565 nucleotides of DNA. Source: a phage. The notes beneath the pieces were generated by a model. That model was not told the origin of the DNA. It was given only the letters and a program-made list of their open reading frames with translations, and made no database searches. This document shows, piece after piece, positions 1 through 565 of this stretch (positions are counted from its first letter, which is position 1; each line of letters opens with the position of its first letter). The DNA lies in the sequence record EF517090.1. One strand, given 5' to 3'. The translations under genes and the position numbers were made by a program.

Positions 1-441
1 GTTCCGGCTGCTGACCGTGTGTTCTACTGTGATCCAGATAGCTACTCTGCGATTCTGGCAGCACTGATGCCGAACGCAGCAAACTACGCTGCTCTGATTG
101 ACCCTGAGAAGGGTTCTATCCGCAACGTTATGGGCTTTGAGGTTGTAGAAGTTCCGCACCTCACCGTTGGTGGTGCTGGTACCGCTCGTGAGGACACTAC
201 TGGTCAGAAGCACGTCTTCCCTGCCAATAAAGGTGAGGGTAATGTCAAGGTTGCTAAGGACAACGTTATCGGCCTGTTCATGCACCGCTCTGCGGTAGGT
301 ACTGTTAAGCTGCGTGACTTGGCTCTGGAGCGCGCTCGCCGTGCTAACTTCCAAGCGGACCAGATTATCGCTAAGTACGCAATGGGCCACGGTGGTCTTC
401 GCCCAGAAGCTGCTGGTGCAGTGGTTTTCAAAGTGGAGTAA
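1..441 (+). CDS. 10A: Major capsid protein 10A, C-terminal portion (5'-partial; the gene begins upstream of the window)
   Basis: Seen in sequence: frame 1 is open from base 1 (gtt ccg gct gct gac cgt gtg ttc tac = VPAADRVFY) to TAA at 439-441. The GTG at 19-21 that the ORF track reads as a start is an internal Val codon. From recall, the translation (…FYCDPDSYSAILAALMPNAANYAALIDPEKGSIRNVMGFEVVEVPHL…GQKHVFPANKGEGNVKVAKDNVIGLFMHRSAVGTVKLRDLALERARRANFQADQIIAKYAMGHGGLRPEAAGAVVFKVE) matches the C-terminus of phage T7 gp10A nearly residue for residue. Codon usage is strongly biased toward E. coli high-expression codons (ggt, gct, cgt, ctg, aac, ttc), as expected for an abundant structural protein. 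Confidence 0.92.
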   Translation, partial: VPAADRVFYCDPDSYSAILAALMPNAANYAALIDPEKGSIRNVMGFEVVEVPHLTVGGAGTAREDTTGQKHVFPANKGEGNVKVAKDNVIGLFMHRSAVGTVKLRDLALERARRANFQADQIIAKYAMGHGGLRPEAAGAVVFKVE

Positions 442-565
442 TGCTGGGGGTGGCCTCAACGGTCGCTGCTAGTCCCGAAGAGGCGAGTGTTACTTCAACA
501 GAAGAAACCTTAACGCCAGCACAGAAGGTCACACGCACCCGCGCTGTTAACAAAGCCCGAAAAGA
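1..565 (+). CDS. 10B: Minor capsid protein 10B, made by programmed -1 ribosomal frameshift from the 10A frame at G GTT TTC (423-429); partial at both ends, with the 10B-specific extension starting at codon caa 429-431
   Basis: Seen in sequence: frame 3 has no stop from 375 to 565. Read after a -1 shift at the Phe codon it gives GFQSGVMLGVASTVAASPEEASVTSTEETLTPAQKVTRTRAVNKARK…, which is acidic and Ser/Thr/Ala-rich. Established knowledge: T7 gene 10 yields 10A (345 aa) and, with roughly 10% frameshifting, 10B (398 aa) through a -1 shift at codons 341-342. The extension here resembles the T7 10B tail (…FQSGVMLGVASTVAASPEEASVTS…ANKARKEAELAAATAEQ) as I recall it. The 10B stop should lie about 10-12 codons past the window end. 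Confidence 0.75.
423..429 (+). other. Programmed -1 ribosomal frameshift (slippery) site G GTT TTC
   Basis: Seen in sequence: the heptamer g-gtt-ttc lies in the 10A frame (Val 424-426, Phe 427-429), seven codons before the 10A stop. Phe-tRNA can re-pair from UUC to UUU (426-428) in the -1 frame, which is open downstream. Established knowledge: this is the shift site mapped in T7 gene 10. Confidence 0.7.

Noticed and set aside
204-431. 75-aa ORF on the minus strand (MKTTAPAASGRRPPWPIAYLAIIWSAWKLARRARSRAKSRSLTVPTAERCMNRPITLSLATLTLPSPLLAGKTCF)
   Set aside because: It lies wholly antisense to a strongly conserved, codon-optimised capsid coding region. Its composition is Arg/Ala/Pro/Ser-rich and low in complexity, typical of the antisense reading of a GC-biased gene, and it has no evident ribosome-binding site. 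Most likely a spurious ORF.
463-486. Possible stem-loop (tcgc 463-466 pairing with gcga 483-486)
   Set aside because: A 4-bp stem with a 16-nt loop is too weak to call as a frameshift stimulator or terminator. Short pairings like this are expected by chance.
435-565. Independent downstream gene starting at ATG 441-443, which overlaps the 10A stop as TAATG, with GGAG at 435-438 as a possible Shine-Dalgarno
   Set aside because: The GGAG-to-ATG spacing is only 2 nt, too short for a functional Shine-Dalgarno. The frame is already open upstream of the ATG from 375, and it is entered directly from the G GTT TTC frameshift site. The encoded peptide matches the known 10B extension, so it is a recoding extension and not a separate gene.
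1-565. A novel or undescribed system (defence island, toxin-antitoxin, CRISPR, mobile element)
   Set aside because: The whole window is protein-coding and explained by a well-characterised phage capsid gene. I see no repeats, arrays, IS ends, promoters or tRNA/ncRNA-like structures. Claiming novelty would not be supported by the sequence.

Overview
The whole window is accounted for by the 3' end of a T7-group (Autographiviridae, Teseptimavirus-like) major capsid protein gene, gene 10, on the + strand; I see no previously undescribed system here. Frame 1 is open from base 1 to the TAA at 439-441 and encodes the C-terminal ~146 residues of capsid protein 10A, ending ...AGAVVFKVE. Seven codons before that stop sits the heptamer G GTT TTC (423-429), which matches the known T7 gene 10 programmed -1 frameshift site. 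The -1 frame (frame 3) is open from 375 to the window end, so the window also carries the start of the 10B C-terminal extension. The supplied ORF track misses it because that frame has no stop inside the window. The sequence differs at a few positions from my recollection of the T7 reference, so this is probably a close T7 relative or variant. The gene identification rests on recall of the T7 protein sequence, not on a database search.
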